Origin: the human T2T-CHM13v2.0 reference genome, Homo sapiens
NCBI RefSeq assembly: GCF_009914755.1
Contig: NC_060930.1
Length of the DNA: 64,000 nt
Strand: one strand, 5' to 3'
The notes under the pieces were generated by a model. The model did no database searches. It was not told the origin of the DNA and saw only the letters and a program-made list of their open reading frames with translations. Numbering within the stretch: the first letter of the stretch is position 1; each line of letters begins with the position of its first letter. Shown here piece by piece: positions 1 to 20,696 of this stretch. The position numbers were made by a program, and so were the translations under genes.

Positions 1-3265
<3,265 letters not shown>

Positions 3266-4464
3266 TGTTTGGAATTTATGCATTTTCCATTTTTTTAAAA
3301 AAGTGGTTTATTTTTATTACTTTCTTTTTGTATGTCTAAATGATGAGATAAAACAGAAGGGTTCAGACTGCTGTATGCAAGTGACATTCTGCAAATATTA
3401 TGATGTGGGTATTGCTGGTCTTCATTTCTAATAACAAGAGGCCAAATCGGATCTAATTGTCACTATTTTCTCTTTATGACTTTGGTTTCAGAGATACAAG
3501 AGACATTGTGATGAGCCATATAAACAGTCTGATGGGCTGAATGCAATTTGTAGGTCTAGTGAATGAAAATAGTCTTGGTTCAAAATCGTAGAATTATGAT
3601 TTTATGGTCCTCATTTACTTTATTTTATTTTTACTTTATTCCAGCAAACGTTTTATATTTTCTACTTTTTGCCAGCATTTCATTATGGGTATATATTAAG
3701 CACCATATGACTTTTTAAAATATTGCTGTAGAGTAGTCAAAGCTCACATGAGACGCCACCCAAGCAGCTGTCATATGAATGCATATCTGTTGTTCAAGGA
3801 ATGTATGCTTCATGTACCGGTGAGCATGCATTCAGAGGCTTCCAAAGTGTTTCCATTTTAATGGGTAGTGGGGGATGCTAAAGGATTATTTTAATTGTTA
3901 TTTTTCCAAATGGAAATGTAAAAGAGTCCACTGCCACGTGAATGCAACACTGTAGACCTTCCTGAATGCCTTTCAGAACCCCCTCCATTTGGCAGTGTCT
4001 GAGCTCCCCTCCTGTCCTGATAGTCCATGATGCTCACCAGCACCCCCTGGGAAAATGACCCCTTATTTTCTCTTAGGAGGAGAAAGATGTGTAGGTCCCA
4101 AGGCCCATGTTCTAGGGAAGTGTGATGCAGATTTGAACCAATTACACATAGAGGGGAACATATGATAATTTGAGGGATCACATCAAATTATCCGGATTGA
4201 CACCAAAATGAAGAAGTGGTGAGAGCCTGTCAGATAAGAAAAATTTTAAGGACTGGTAATGTCCAGTGTTGATGAGAGTGTGGGGAAATGGATACTCTTT
4301 AGTTGGTTTTGCTTTTAAGATAGTTTAGCAGAATCTGTCAATGTTTTAAATGCATGTATCTTTTGACCCAGCAGTTTCTATAGGATTCTCTCTTACAGAT
4401 AAACCCATACTTGTGAACAAATATACCATATTTCATCGAATCTAAAACACCCTAAATTGTAAAG

Positions 4465-4536
4465 TGTGCTATTATTTTATGTACCATTAAGAAAACAAAA
4501 TGTGCTATTATTTTATGTACCATTAAGAAAACAAAA
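4465..4536. repeat. Perfect 2 x 36 bp tandem duplication
   Basis: TGTGCTATTATTTTATGTACCATTAAGAAAACAAAA at 4465-4500 and 4501-4536. Confidence 0.97.
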
Positions 4537-5309
4537 CCCACCTTTTTTTTTTAAAAAAAAAAAATCTAAACAAAGGATAATTTTAAATAAAAACACATTA
4601 TATAAAGGGCCATCATATGATTTATTATCCAAGGAACATGTTTGACAGTCAGAAGGGCCACAATGAATAGATTCTTCAAACTTGGATAATTTTTCCATCA
4701 ATTTAATCTGAAAATTTGCACAGCAGATGATTTTTCAAGCCTATAGCCTTCTTTCTTCTCCTTCCATTTTGTATACCACTAGATTGTTCATTGTTTTAAA
4801 TGGTGAACTAATTTTTAAATTAAAAAAAAATCTTTATGTCTTTCAAGATAAATGGCAAACTCTTGGAAAGTCAGAAAAAAATTTGTCTAGTCTTCTTCAT
4901 TTACTTTGTATCTCTAACATTTATGAAAATTATTTGTAAATAAAATAAGAGGCATTGAGATTAAAATTGGAGATAAAGTTGCTGATGTGTTGTTTTCCTG
5001 AAGTATTTTTTTTCTTAATTCTGATCTTTGTTTCCCAATACAATCACACTCACACCCTTGCAGTTCAGTTTCCTGACGACTCTCTAGTGTGCCAGATCTG
5101 TGTTTCTATGTCAGTGATCTGTTCCCCATCTTCTCCATGAATTCAAATATTGCTCACTCTGTAAGGTCTAGGCCAAGTCCCTAAGAAGTATTTCTTAAGT
5201 GTTATACTTCACATTCATTTCTTCCTACCTTGTATCATTGGGAAAGATGTAATTTACTTTTTTGCTTTTTTTTTTTCCTTTTTCTTTTAATCAAGATATA
5301 GCTGTAAAG

Positions 5310-5859
<550 letters not shown>

Positions 5860-7137
5860 CTCTAAAGACATTAGTATCAGAATCACCATTTATTTTGAAA
5901 ATTATTATCTTTACCTTTTACATATGAATATGTTTACTAAATAAAACATATAATTCATAAATCATTTATACTTTTAACAAGTTCTAGCATGTATTAATAT
6001 ATTTTTGCATTAAAATAAATAAAATGGCTTTCTGAGATTGTAAAACAGACTAACATTTAAGGCAACATAAATTTGTAATGATTTCTACATCTACAGTGAC
6101 TCTGAAAATGAAGTAACATCATGAGAAGAGGAAACCATATGGAATTATTACACTTCTCTTTCCACATGAACAGCCTGGCTATTCTCTGCCCTTCTGTACT
6201 AAGGCCTATCCTCTGGAATCATAGGGTGGCCTGGAAGCCTCAAAAGGAAATTCTCCCTTGTGGTCAGAGGGAGGAACTGCTGTCTTCCATCACCCTTCTT
6301 CACACTGCAAATATGACTTGGAATAGAGTCCATGCAAAAATAGTTTTATGCTTCTGAATGGGTGCAGGACAAAAAAGGTGTTGTGTGGGCCAATAGTGTC
6401 TATAACTGCAAGTTCTACCAGTTCTCAAACTATAGAATGTTTCAGAAATGCCAGGGAGCGGATTAAAAATGTTACTTTAATCTGACTCAGTTCTGGGGGG
6501 TAATCCAAAAAACACGTTTTTATCTAGACCCCCAGGTGGTCCTGACATAGGTGGCTGAATGAACTCCCCCCAGTGTGTTGTCATTGTACTTTCTACCTGT
6601 CTTTAACATTTTCCTACATATTCAACTGTATTATGATTAAAGTAATCTCTTCCCAACTTTGAGTTTATCTGGCAGAAAATTATAAAATCAGAACTTTTTT
6701 CCTCTATATTTTTCCAAAACTTGGAGAATTTTTAGTATAAAAGGAGTTATTCATTTGAGAATATTTAGAAAAAAAGATAATGCAGAAATAGGAAGTAGGG
6801 GTGTCTAGCCACCACAGAGAACCTAAGGATGTGAAGTAACTGTGGACCTTAGAATGACAGTCCTGAAGCTGTTACTCCAGTGGACATTGAGTTCTGGTAT
6901 CCCCAAGAACCTACGTCCAGAGACTAAAAAGCCTAATCATGAGGCTGCAAGGGTCAGTGAAGACAGAAAGTATAAAATGAGCATGGGACAAGGAAAAATG
7001 ATATGTTTTTAATGCATATGTTAATTTCAACAAAGTAGAACAATTTACCCTGCCAAAATTTTGGAGGAAGGAAATTCTAGAATTTGCTGATAAATATGTG
7101 TTAATAAAAGGGTATTTGTTGTATTATATATTACCAT

Positions 7138-8124
<987 letters not shown>

Positions 8125-8442
8125 CCATTTATTAATTATTTGAAGTGTATAAAAGTATCAATCATATGTCATTATTTAATGAAGAAAAGAACAAATGCTT
8201 TGCTTCCACATAGGTATTATTAACAACAATTAATAAAGTGACTGTATCATAAATAAAGAAAAGATTATGACATTGAACCTGAGCACTTCCCAGGAGTATA
8301 TCTGGGATAGAACCAGGATCAGAATTTGGCAGCTGAAGCAATTGGGTATTAATTCTTATGTCCAAAGTCATATAGCCATTGTGCCCAGGGCTGATTAGCT
8401 GCTCACAGGATTCAGAAATGTTTGAGAATTTAAAAAGAATTA

Positions 8443-8779
8443 TAGTTATCTCTCAGTATCTCTAGGGGGTTGGTTCCAAGACCCCCTGCAGATACCAAAA
8501 TCCAAGGATATTCAAGTTCCTTATATAAAATGATGTAGCATTTTCATATAACCTATACTTTAAATCATCTCTAGATTACTTAAAATATCTAATACAGTGT
8601 AAATGCTATGCAGATAGTTGTTTTACTCTATTGTTTAGGGAATAATGACAAGAAAAAAGGTCTGTACATGTTCAGTACAGGTGAAATTATCCTATATATA
8701 TATATATTTTTTTTTTTTTTTTGATTCATGGTTGGTTGAACCTGTGGATGTGAAATCTGTGGTTATGAGAGGCCAACTA
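8443..8779 (+). mobile_element. MER2 (TcMar-Tigger)
   Basis: GGTTCCAAGACCCCCTGCAGATACCAAAATCC...CTGTACATGTTCAGTACAG...GGCCAACTA; TA on both flanks. Confidence 0.85.
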
Positions 8780-9269
8780 TAATTGATTCCAAAACAGAAA
8801 GAGAAACTATAAAAGATAAACTAATGAATGATTATTTAATGGTTACAAAATATAAAATTACACTGATTTTATTAATTTACTATTAATAAAATTTCATTCC
8901 ATTTGTAACTTAGATTTACTCACTTGGCAAGAATTCCCAAGTATGTTTGATGATGTGTGATAAATCAGTCAATCATTCTATAGTACCAATCATAATCAAA
9001 TCATTGAAGAGCAAAACTTATTAATGTTCCAAAATTTAAAGAAAAACTTGTTTATTATGGTTTATGGATGCAATAGGTTCATTTAAATATATTTGCTAAG
9101 TTGAAGAGATTGGGTCTTCAGAGAAAGAGAGCCTGGGTCCCCAGAGAACTTAAAATGGCCACGCTAGGTTCAATATTGTTTAGTGCTTCCATAATTATGG
9201 AAAGCATAATTATAGTACAAAAGAGTGGAATAAAAAAAACTACAACATTGGAAAAATATATATTTGTTT

Positions 9270-9575
9270 TGTTTCATTTTTTGTTTGTTTGTTTTTGGGA
9301 CAGGGTCTTGCTCTGTTGCCAGGCTGGAGTGCAGTGGCAATCTCAGCTCGCTGCAGCCTCAACCTCCTGGGCTCAAGTGATCTTTCCACCTCAACCTTCC
9401 AAGTGGCTGTGACTACAGGCGTGTACCACTACGCCCCACTAATTTTTGTTTTTTTTTGTAGAGACGTGGTTTGGCCATGTTGCCCAGGCTGATCTCGAGC
9501 TTCTGGGCTGAAGGGATCTGCCTGCCCCAGCTTCCCAAAGTTCTGGGATTATAGGCGTGAGCCACCTTGTCAGGC
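9270..9575 (-). mobile_element. AluJ
   Basis: Antisense Alu with GCAGCCTCAACCTCCTGGGCTCAAGTGATC. Confidence 0.9.
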
Positions 9576-9611
9576 TGAATAGTATTTTTTATAGTATGAA
9601 AGTAGCATCTG

Positions 9612-9925
9612 CAAAACCAGTCAGAATGGCGATTATTAAAAAGTCAAAAAAATAACAAATGCTGGCGAGGCTGTGGAGAAAAGGGATGTTTATACACCAA
9701 TGGTGGGAATGCACTGTGGAAAGTAGTTTGGAGATTTTTCAAAGAACTTAAAACAGAACTACCATTCAACTCAGCAATCCCATTACTGGGTATATGCCCA
9801 AAAGAAAATAAATTGTTCTACCAAAAAGACATATGCACTTATATGTTCATTGCAGCACTATTCACAATAGCAAAGCCGTGGAATCAACCTAGGTGCCCAT
9901 CAATGGTGGACTGGATAAAGAAAAT

Positions 9926-9972
<47 letters not shown>

Positions 9973-10348
9973 CATGGAATACAGCACAGCCATAAAAAAG
10001 AACAGAATCATGTCCTTTGCAGCAATGTGGATGCTGTTGGAGGCCATTATCCTAAGTAAACAATGCAGGAACAGAAAACCAAATACTGCATGTTCTCATT
10101 TACAAGTGGGAGCTAAACACTGAGTATATACAGATATAAAGAAGGGAACAATAGACACTGGGGACTACTAGAGGCAGAAGGGAGGGAGAGGGATGTGGGA
10201 TGTGGGGGAAAAACTACCTGTTGGGTACTATGCTCAATACCTGGGTAATGGGATCATCCATAGCCCAAACCTGAGCATCATGCAGTATACCCATGTAACA
10301 AACCTGCACATGTACCTCCTGAATCCAAAATAAATAAATTAATTAATT
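9612..10348 (+). mobile_element. 5'-truncated L1 3' end (L1PA15/16-like)
   Basis: ORF2 C-terminus plus 3'UTR (GGGTACTATGCTC...AACCTGCACATGTACC), A-rich tail; degenerate TSD AAAGTAGCATCTG / AAAGTAGTATTTG. Confidence 0.85.
9929..9968. repeat. (AT)n microsatellite inside L1
   Basis: About 20 AT units. Confidence 0.95.
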
Positions 10349-10909
10349 AAAGTAGTATTTGTTCACTGTGGAATATTTTGACACAAACATTTTTAATCCA
10401 ATGCAGAGATATCTACTGCAAATAGTGTTAAGTATATTTTTTAAAATTTTTGTATCTACATCCCTAAAACATTTCAAAGTATTAACTATTTCCTAATAAT
10501 AACATCTGAATACCAGTTTTGCTTTATACTCTACTTACAGATTAATTTATACGAATATTAAGTGAGCCAATATTAAAACCAGAATTAGGCCCTGGTGTTG
10601 TGTATATCAAATTACAAAGATAGTTCTATATTTTTAGTCTCAGATGTGAGGATGATTCCCACGACAGCTTCAATTTCTCATCTGTATTCTGAACAACTAA
10701 ACTACCTTGTAAGAAGACAAGCATATAGAGGAGTATTTTATAATAGTCAAATATCTTTTATCAGTCAGTGTATCAGTAATTATCAACAATCTTTTTGTTT
10801 TTTTAAAAACGTGGGGCTATTGATCTAATCTTTTTATATGGAAAAACACACTTTCTATACTTTCCTATTCTTCTACCTTCTCTTCTTTTTATTCAAATTA
10901 CCTTCTGAA

Positions 10910-11210
10910 TTTTGTTTTGTTTTGTTTTGTTTTAGACGGAGTCTTGCTCTGCGCCAGGCTGGAGTGCAGTGGTGCAATCCAGCTCACTGCAACCTCCGCC
11001 TCCTGGGTGCAAGCGATTCCCCTACCTCAGCCATCCTAGTAGCTGGGACTGCAGGTGTGCGCCACTACACCGGCTAATTTTTTTGTATTTTCGTAGAGAC
11101 GGGGTTTCACTATGTTGGTCAGGATGGTCTCGATCTCCTGACTTCGTGATCTGCCCGCCTCGACTTCCCAAAGTGCTGGGATTAACAGGCGTGAGCCACT
11201 GCACCCGGCC
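10910..11210 (-). mobile_element. Alu (AluSc-like)
   Basis: Antisense Alu with (GTTTT)n tail; CAGGATGGTCTCGATCTCCTGACTTCGTGATC; TCTGAATTT on both flanks. Confidence 0.93.
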
Positions 11211-11759
11211 CTATCATCTGAATTTTTTCATACCAAAGGAGTTGGTTGAAATTGGAGATTTAATCTATTTGAGCAGATGTATGTATACTCCACTTTATCC
11301 AAGAGCTACTGCTCAGAATTCTAGCTCAGATTCATGAACAACCAAAATAACAACACAACTAAATGCCCTGCTGATACCTGTCTAATCCTCACACTGGTAT
11401 TATTATATAATGATGACGTTGAAAGATTTAAAAATATATATTTAAGAAGAGAAACTCATGACCTCATAGGTCTTTCATGTCTCTAAGTATTTTTTTATGC
11501 ACAGCCCGAGAAAGTGCTGCCTTTCAGAGATAAAGATAACAACACTGATTCTACTTTATTCCTTCAGTTACTTCTCTAATAGAGATGATAAAAGATATGA
11601 AAACAAAAATGTTAGCACAATCCTGGTGTACATATATCCATTAATATGAACACATTAAGGGGCCATATTATATGAAGGCATATCTGGATTATTGTATTTT
11701 ATTTTGATGTTGCACTTGAAGAGGAGTGTTGACAAGGCAGTGTGATAATACCAGCTCCA

Positions 11760-12430
11760 TTTATCTGATTCAATCCCATAAACCTTTATTGAGGACCTTC
11801 CTTGTGCCAGTCCTTGACTAGGCCTCACTAATATAAGGATGAACAAGACAAATAGGGATCCTGTATTCAAAAAGCTCACATTTCAACAGGAGAAATAGAT
11901 ATACAACAAGAAACTGTGAGTGTGATATGTATTACAAAGTGAAAGTAGGAGCTTATATATAGGGGATTTAGCCTAGTCTTAAGACTATGAGGAGGTACCC
12001 ATAAGGAATTAAAGTTAAATGGAATCTTGAAGTATGAATGGATATTAGCCTGGGGTGTGGGAGGAGGCAGTATTCTAGGCAGAGATGACAGCAGATATAA
12101 ATACAAAAAGTCAAGATAAAAATGGAAAGATTTCTCATTTGCTTGAGCATAGAATAAAAGGGAGAGGGTAGAAATGAGGCTGGAGAAGTCGGCAGGACCA
12201 GATTGTGGGGACACCATATAAGCCACCTTAAAAATTTCAAACTTAGACTTGAAAGACATGCATAACGTCCTTTAATACTTACCACACGTGTATGAGGTAG
12301 GTCCTATTATTATTTCCATTTTAGATATGAGGACCCTGAGATTCCAAGAGTTACGTGAATTTTCTGAGCTTCTGTAGCCAGTAAGTAGCAGAGCTCAGAA
12401 TAAAATTCAGGCTGTCTAGGTCTAGACCAC
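11760..12430 (-). mobile_element. Degraded L2 3' fragment followed by MIR fragment
   Basis: TTTATTGAGGACCTTCCTTGTGCCAG...GATGAACAAGAC (L2-like); CCATTTTAGATATGAGG...GAGTTACGTGAATTTTCTGAG (MIR core-like). Confidence 0.55.
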
Positions 12431-13419
12431 TCTCTCAATTGCATGGATCACAAACTCAAATGCCTTCTGCTGGGCGTAGAACAATTAACAGTGATTGAGA
12501 TATTTACAAATAGGTGAATTTAAACCCTCTTGATGGTATACTACCTTATTCCAGCTCTTTGGGCAAATGAGAGCCCAGTGTTGCCAAGACATTATAATTT
12601 TTCAAGAGAGGCTGGTAAATCTGTATTATCATGGAAATCTTAGTTTAAAATGTTGTTAACTAATGACAATTTTTAAACAACTGTATACCTTCATTGAAGG
12701 CAGTGGGGTGGACTACAGACAATACATGACTTTTCCAATTAAAATAGTGAAAATGCTAGAGATATATAAGAACTATCTTTTATGGTACACTGTGTGTTTA
12801 TACAAGAAGCAGAAACTCATAGAGGCCAAAAATGAAATTAAAGCAGAACCCTACCTAGTGGTGTCAGGGGTGAGGGACAAGGTAACATGGGCCAGCTTTT
12901 CTCTATAGGATTCTGCCCAGTCCTAGATATTTTGAAATTCTACCTTGACAGCTACAGAGGCAGCGTTGAGGAAACAGAAGGTAAAGCCTAGTCTATTTGG
13001 GTGAAGAGTCTGAAAAGAGACACCTGCATAGACATGGGACCTCTAAGGACCCTTCAGTGAATGGATGAGTAAGCAGTAAGATCAGCAGACCATGAGGAAG
13101 CCAGTCAATTTCCATCCTGGTGTGGGGAGGAAAAAAATACATTGCATATTAGAAAATACAATTCAGTCTTCATGGAGGTTTGTAGTCATTTTTCATGGAA
13201 GCTGTGTGTTCTGAAAAACCTCAAGAGGAAGATTTAAAGTAGTGCCAATGTATATTGCCCAAGGTAACTGGCAGATATAAACACAAATCCTTCAACAAAA
13301 ATCTCAAAATAATCAATATAGACAAAACCATTTACAATCAGCCATCTCAAATGCAAATGAAATTAAGACATGACAGCAAACAGTGACAAGAGATGGCAGA
13401 ATTAGGCCTTAAAACTTCA

Positions 13420-13548
13420 TCAGGAGGCTGAGGCAGGAGAATAGCCTTAACCCAGGAGGCAGAGGTTGCAGTGAGCTGAGATAGTGCCACTGCACTCCAG
13501 CCTGGATGACAAGAGCCAGACTCTGTCTCAAAAAAAAAAAAAAACCCA
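13420..13548 (+). mobile_element. 5'-truncated Alu (right arm only)
   Basis: Starts at CAGGAGGCTGAGGCAGGAG, ends in poly(A); TSD AAAACTTCA at 13411-13419 and 13549-13557. Confidence 0.9.
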
Positions 13549-13754
13549 AAAACTTCAGACACTGGAATTATCAAATGCAGATGATAAAATAATGTTTAAT
13601 GTATTTGAAGAATAGAGAAGCTTGACTATATTAACAGAAATAATAAATATTATAATTTAAAATGTTTTCATTTTGGAATAAAATACAGAATTTAGTAAAG
13701 CTGAAAACTACATTGTTGAATTAGAAGACAAATTTGAAGATATTATTTAGAACT

Positions 13755-13995
13755 GCTTTCCTTTGTCCTGTCATTTCTCTACAAAGTTATTGTTCTTGGT
13801 TGAAGATGCTATATGAGCAGGAGTTTTAAGCTACTGCTTTGAGCTATTCTTTGTTGAGGCTTCTCCTGCATGATATGCACTGCACGTATTAATAATAATA
13901 ATAATTAATTCTCTTGTGAATCTGTCTTTTACCATGAGGATCTGTCCCAACTAAGCACTAAGGATAGGTACAAGTAAATTTCTGCCTCCCCTACA
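13755..13995 (+). mobile_element. ERV1 LTR 3' fragment (MER34/MER39-like)
   Basis: GAAGATGCTATATGAG...TTCTCTTGTGAATCTGTCTTTT...CTCCCCTACA terminus. Confidence 0.5.
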
Positions 13996-14259
13996 GTGGG
14001 CAGTGGCATGGGGAGCCAGAGACACTATGTGTTCCTTCTGCTTGGGCGTGGGTGTCAGATCAACTGGTGCTCCCACAGCAATGGGTAGATGGAGGCTATG
14101 CAGGAGCTGGTACTCTCTATGGGAAAGGTCAAGACAGCTGGCAGTGCTGGTAGATGAGGCAGCAGCTTCGGTAGCCATGGAGTTATCAGGAGCTCCTCAA
14201 GAGCCATCAGCTGAGGACCCTGGAGGAGTCTTAGCAAATCTGAGAAACTACATTAATCG

Positions 14260-15040
<781 letters not shown>

Positions 15041-15664
15041 ATCTGAAATCAATTAATATAATACACCAAAAAATAAAAACCATATGATCATTTCAGTAGA
15101 CACAGAAAATGCATTTGACAAAATTCAACACCCTTTATGATAAAAACTCTCAATCAACTAGAAGTAGAAGGGAAATTCCTCAATCTGATTAAGGGCATCT
15201 ATGAAGAACAGCTTTTGTCATACTTAATGGTAAAAGATTGGTTGCATTCCCCTTAACATCAGGAACAAGAAAAGAATGTCGGTTTTTGCTACTTCTATTT
15301 AACTTTGTACTGCATGTTCTAGCTAGGTCAATTAGGCAAGAAAATAAAATAAAAGGCATCCAGTTGGAAAATGAAGAAGTAAAACTACCTCTATTTGAAG
15401 ATGACATAATCTTGTATTTAGAAAATCCTACGGATTCCACTAAAAAATTATTAGAACTAATAATAAGTGAGTTCAGCTAGGTTGTAGGACACAGATCAAC
15501 TTACAAAAATCAATTGGATTTATAGATAGTAACAATAAACAAACAAAATAAAATTAAACAATTCCATTTAAAATAGCATCAGAAGAACAAAATATTTAAG
15601 ATTAAAATACTTGTACATTAATAGAAGTATAAAATTTATACTCTGATATTACAAAACCTTCTGG

Positions 15665-16099
15665 GTTTTTTGGTGGAAAGGTGGCCAAGATCTTGCTCTG
15701 TCACCCAGGCTAGAGTGCAGTGGTGTGATCACGGATTACTGCAGCCTCGACTTGCTGGGCTCAAACGATCCTCCCACCTCAGCACCTCCAAGTAGCTGGG
15801 ACTACAGGCACGTGCCACTGTGCTGATTTGTTAAAAAATTTTTTTGTAGAGATGGGTTCTCACTATATTGCCCAGACTGGTCTTGAACTCCTGGGCTCAA
15901 ACGATCGTCCCACCTCAGCACCTCCAAGTAGCTGGGACTACAGGCATGTGCCACTATGCTGATTTGTTAAAAATTTTTTTGTAGAGATAGGTTCTCACTA
16001 TATTGCCCAGGCTGGTCTTGAACTCCTGGGCTCAAGCAATCCTCCCACCTTGGCCTCCCAAAGAGCTGGGATTACAGGCATGGACCATTGCAATGTGCC
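15665..16099 (-). mobile_element. AluJ with ~135 bp internal tandem duplication
   Basis: Units 15755-15890 and 15891-16025 are nearly identical. Confidence 0.92.
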
Positions 16100-16452
16100 A
16101 CAAAACCTTATTGAAAAACATTACAGAATACCTAAATAAATGAAAAGACATTCTGTGTTCACAGAATGGAAGACTTAATATTGTAAAGGTGGCAGACTGT
16201 ATTCCCCAAATTGATTTACAGATTCAATGCAATCCTTATCAAAATTCCAGCTGGTTTCTTTACAGAAATTGACAAGCTGAACCTAAAATTCATATGGAAA
16301 TTCAAAGGACCTTGGATAGTCAGAACAATCTTGTAAAAGAAGATTCCAGATGAAAATGGAAATCTGGAAAATTCATACCTCCCAATTACAAAACTTACTA
16401 CAATGCTGCAGTAGTCAAAACAGTTTTGTACTGGCATAAAGAAAAACATATA

Positions 16453-16991
<539 letters not shown>

Positions 16992-18009
16992 TCAACAAGT
17001 GTGCTAAGATAATTCAACGAGAAAAAAATAGTCTTTTCAAGAAATGGTGCTGAGACAGCTGGAGATCCACATGCAGAAGAATGAAGTTGGACTCATACCT
17101 AACACTATATACAAAATTTAAGTCAAAATAAATCTAACCTGAGAGCTGAAATTATAAAATTCTAGAAAGAAAACATAAGCAAAAATCTTCATGACTTTGA
17201 ACGTGGCAATGATTTCTTAGATATGACACCAAAAAGACAAGCACCAGAAGAGAAGAGATAAATTGGACATCCTCGAAATTTAAAACTTTTGTCTTTCAAA
17301 GAATACCATCAAGAAAGTGAAAAGACAACCCACCAAATGGCAGAAAATGTTTGTGAATTCTATATCTGATGAGACGTGTATGTAAGACATATTACAAACT
17401 CTTACTATTTGACAATAAAGAGACAACCCAATTTAAAAGTGGGCAAAGGATCTGAATGGGCATATTTCCAAAGAAGAAGTACAAATGGCCCATAATCACA
17501 TGAAAGGATACTCAACATCACTAGCCACAATGGAAATGTAAATCAAAACCAAATTGAGCCATCACTTCACATGGAATTACTATAATCAAAAGACAGATAA
17601 ATTGGTGAAGATATGGAGAAAGTGAAGCCCTCATACAACACTGGTGGGTATATGAAATGGTGCAGCGACTTTGGAAAATAGTCTAGCAGTTCCTCAAGAG
17701 GTTAAACATAGAGTCACGACATGACTCAGCAATTCCACTCCTAAGTGTATAGCCAGAAGGAATAAAAATATATATCCACACAAAAATATGTACATGAACG
17801 TTCATGGCAACATTATTCATTATAGCTAAAAGTAGAAACAATCTATGTGTTGTATTTCTTTATAACATTCAAATGATGAATGGATAAATAAAATGAGGCA
17901 TATCCGTACAATGGAAGATTATTCAGCAGTAAAGAAGAAGGAAGTACTGGTATGCACTAAAACATGAATAAACCTTAAAAACTTTATGGTAAGTTGAAGG
18001 AGCCAGTCA

Positions 18010-18601
<592 letters not shown>

Positions 18602-18876
18602 GTGCTCAACCTCATTCAATACCAGATGGATGCAAATTAAAAACAATGTTATAGTATTTTACTGTAGGCAGGTGGGAACAATTAAAATTTTGGAAAATAC
18701 TAAGTGTTAGCATGATCACAGAACAATGAGAACTCTCATCCACTTCTTAGGGAAGTGCAAATTTGGATCGCCACTATGGAAAATACTTTAGCAACAACTT
18801 GTATACTCTATGACCCAGCAAATACCCTTTCTTGCACTAAACATGAAGAGACATGTAATAATATTTATAACAGATC

Positions 18877-19120
<244 letters not shown>

Positions 19121-19413
19121 TATACCAGCTCTTTTAATTACAGCAAAACACTGAGTACAACCCAAACGTCTGTCAGCTGTGGAACGGATTCAATTGGCTA
19201 GGACGGGGCAGACATCTTATTAATTGTTCCATCAAAACTGCCCACAACAGGGGAGAGGACATTCTGCAAATAGAAATTGAGTGCTATTCGAGCAGGGAAA
19301 TGGCTAGAAAGAAACACCACTACAACAAGACTAATACCCTCTACACATCAGCTTTTGTTTGTTTTTATTCAATTGGTTCAGAATCCAGAGGCAATATGGG
19401 TATGATTACTTAG

Positions 19414-19837
19414 TGTGGAGTCCTAATTAGCGAAAATGAGTTAGGCTGGTGGGGCTGAGGAGAAAGCAAAACAAGAAAGCAGATAAGCTATGTCGGACTT
19501 TCTTCACGGCCTAGGACACATGGCCCTCCTGAGCAAATAACTCACTATCGTTTTGCACCCATCTTATCACCAGACACCTGCAAGTTAGCTCACTGCAACC
19601 TTGGCACTATCAGTACTGCACAAAGCTCTCCTCAGCACAAGCATTATTCTATAAAATCCCTAGCAAGTCTTTGTTTCTTTGCAGTCAGCTCCTCTTGTGC
19701 TAATTCTGCCCATTGCAACCTTGCAACATATTTTCTTACTTTCTCTAATGAATCTGCCTTTCTTTACCTACAACTGTCTTTTAAAATTTTTTTACTCCCA
19801 TGCCACTGGCCCAGATAATTGCCATTCACCCACAACA
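19414..19837 (+). mobile_element. ERV1 solo LTR (LTR23/LTR24-like)
   Basis: TGTGGAGTCCTAATTAG start, CTATAAAA TATA-like box, ends CACAACA. Confidence 0.7.
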
Positions 19838-20696
19838 TTTAACTCCCTTTAACTCCTGAAAAGCAATGCACCCTATTATGAGCTTAGCCGTGAGCCCAGA
19901 TTCACAGAAAGAAAGTGAAGATAAAGCAAAATGGGGGCTTGGCAGTTGAGTGTTTTCCAGGGTACAGCATGGGACTCTGTGTGGTGAAGGACACTCTGCC
20001 CCTTGCTCTGCGGAGAGGAAAAGTCACAGTAGGCAGAAGGCAGATCAGTCTCCATTTGTCCCTCACTACAGTCTCCTGCCCCACAGAACCAGGCATGGGG
20101 ACAGAGGAAGCCAATGGACCCTCCATTCTCAATCTGGTTCAGAACCTGCATTTAACCAGGCCCCCACCAGCTCACCCGGGAGCTGGGAGAAAACCAAACT
20201 GATTCCTCTCATTTTCATTCCTGTCCCTTTAGGCACAGAATATAGACACTGTCTATCTTCCTTAATGCTGAGAAAAGCACTTATGTCTTTCATCTGAAGT
20301 GGGTTCCCAGCTTCTTTTGCCACTAAATCATTTATTTTTTAAGTGTGACATTTACCCAGTTGCCCTTTCTATTAATAAATCCTCACTGTCACACCATCTT
20401 CCCAGGTGACACTGATGTCATTGATTTGCTCCCTCACTACAGCTTCTTTTTCTAGCCATGATACTTAAAATCATCTCAGGAGTCCCCCCTCAAGCTCTCT
20501 CTCTTCTCCCACCATCAACTCTAAACAAATCTCAGTGTCAGTTGAAGGATTTCATGTCCTGAATCTGCAAACCAGGATCATCTGGCAGCACTGTTTACCT
20601 AAAGTGATTAAAACCCATGAATCATGATGTTTATACAAGTTTTTCTTCCTTGTAAAAAGGCAAGAGGCAACGCTATAGACCACAGACGGAAGGAAT

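Noticed and set aside
19876-20323. Cluster of overlapping ORFs on both strands
   Set aside because: No recognisable protein similarity or exon structure; likely chance in moderately GC-rich sequence.
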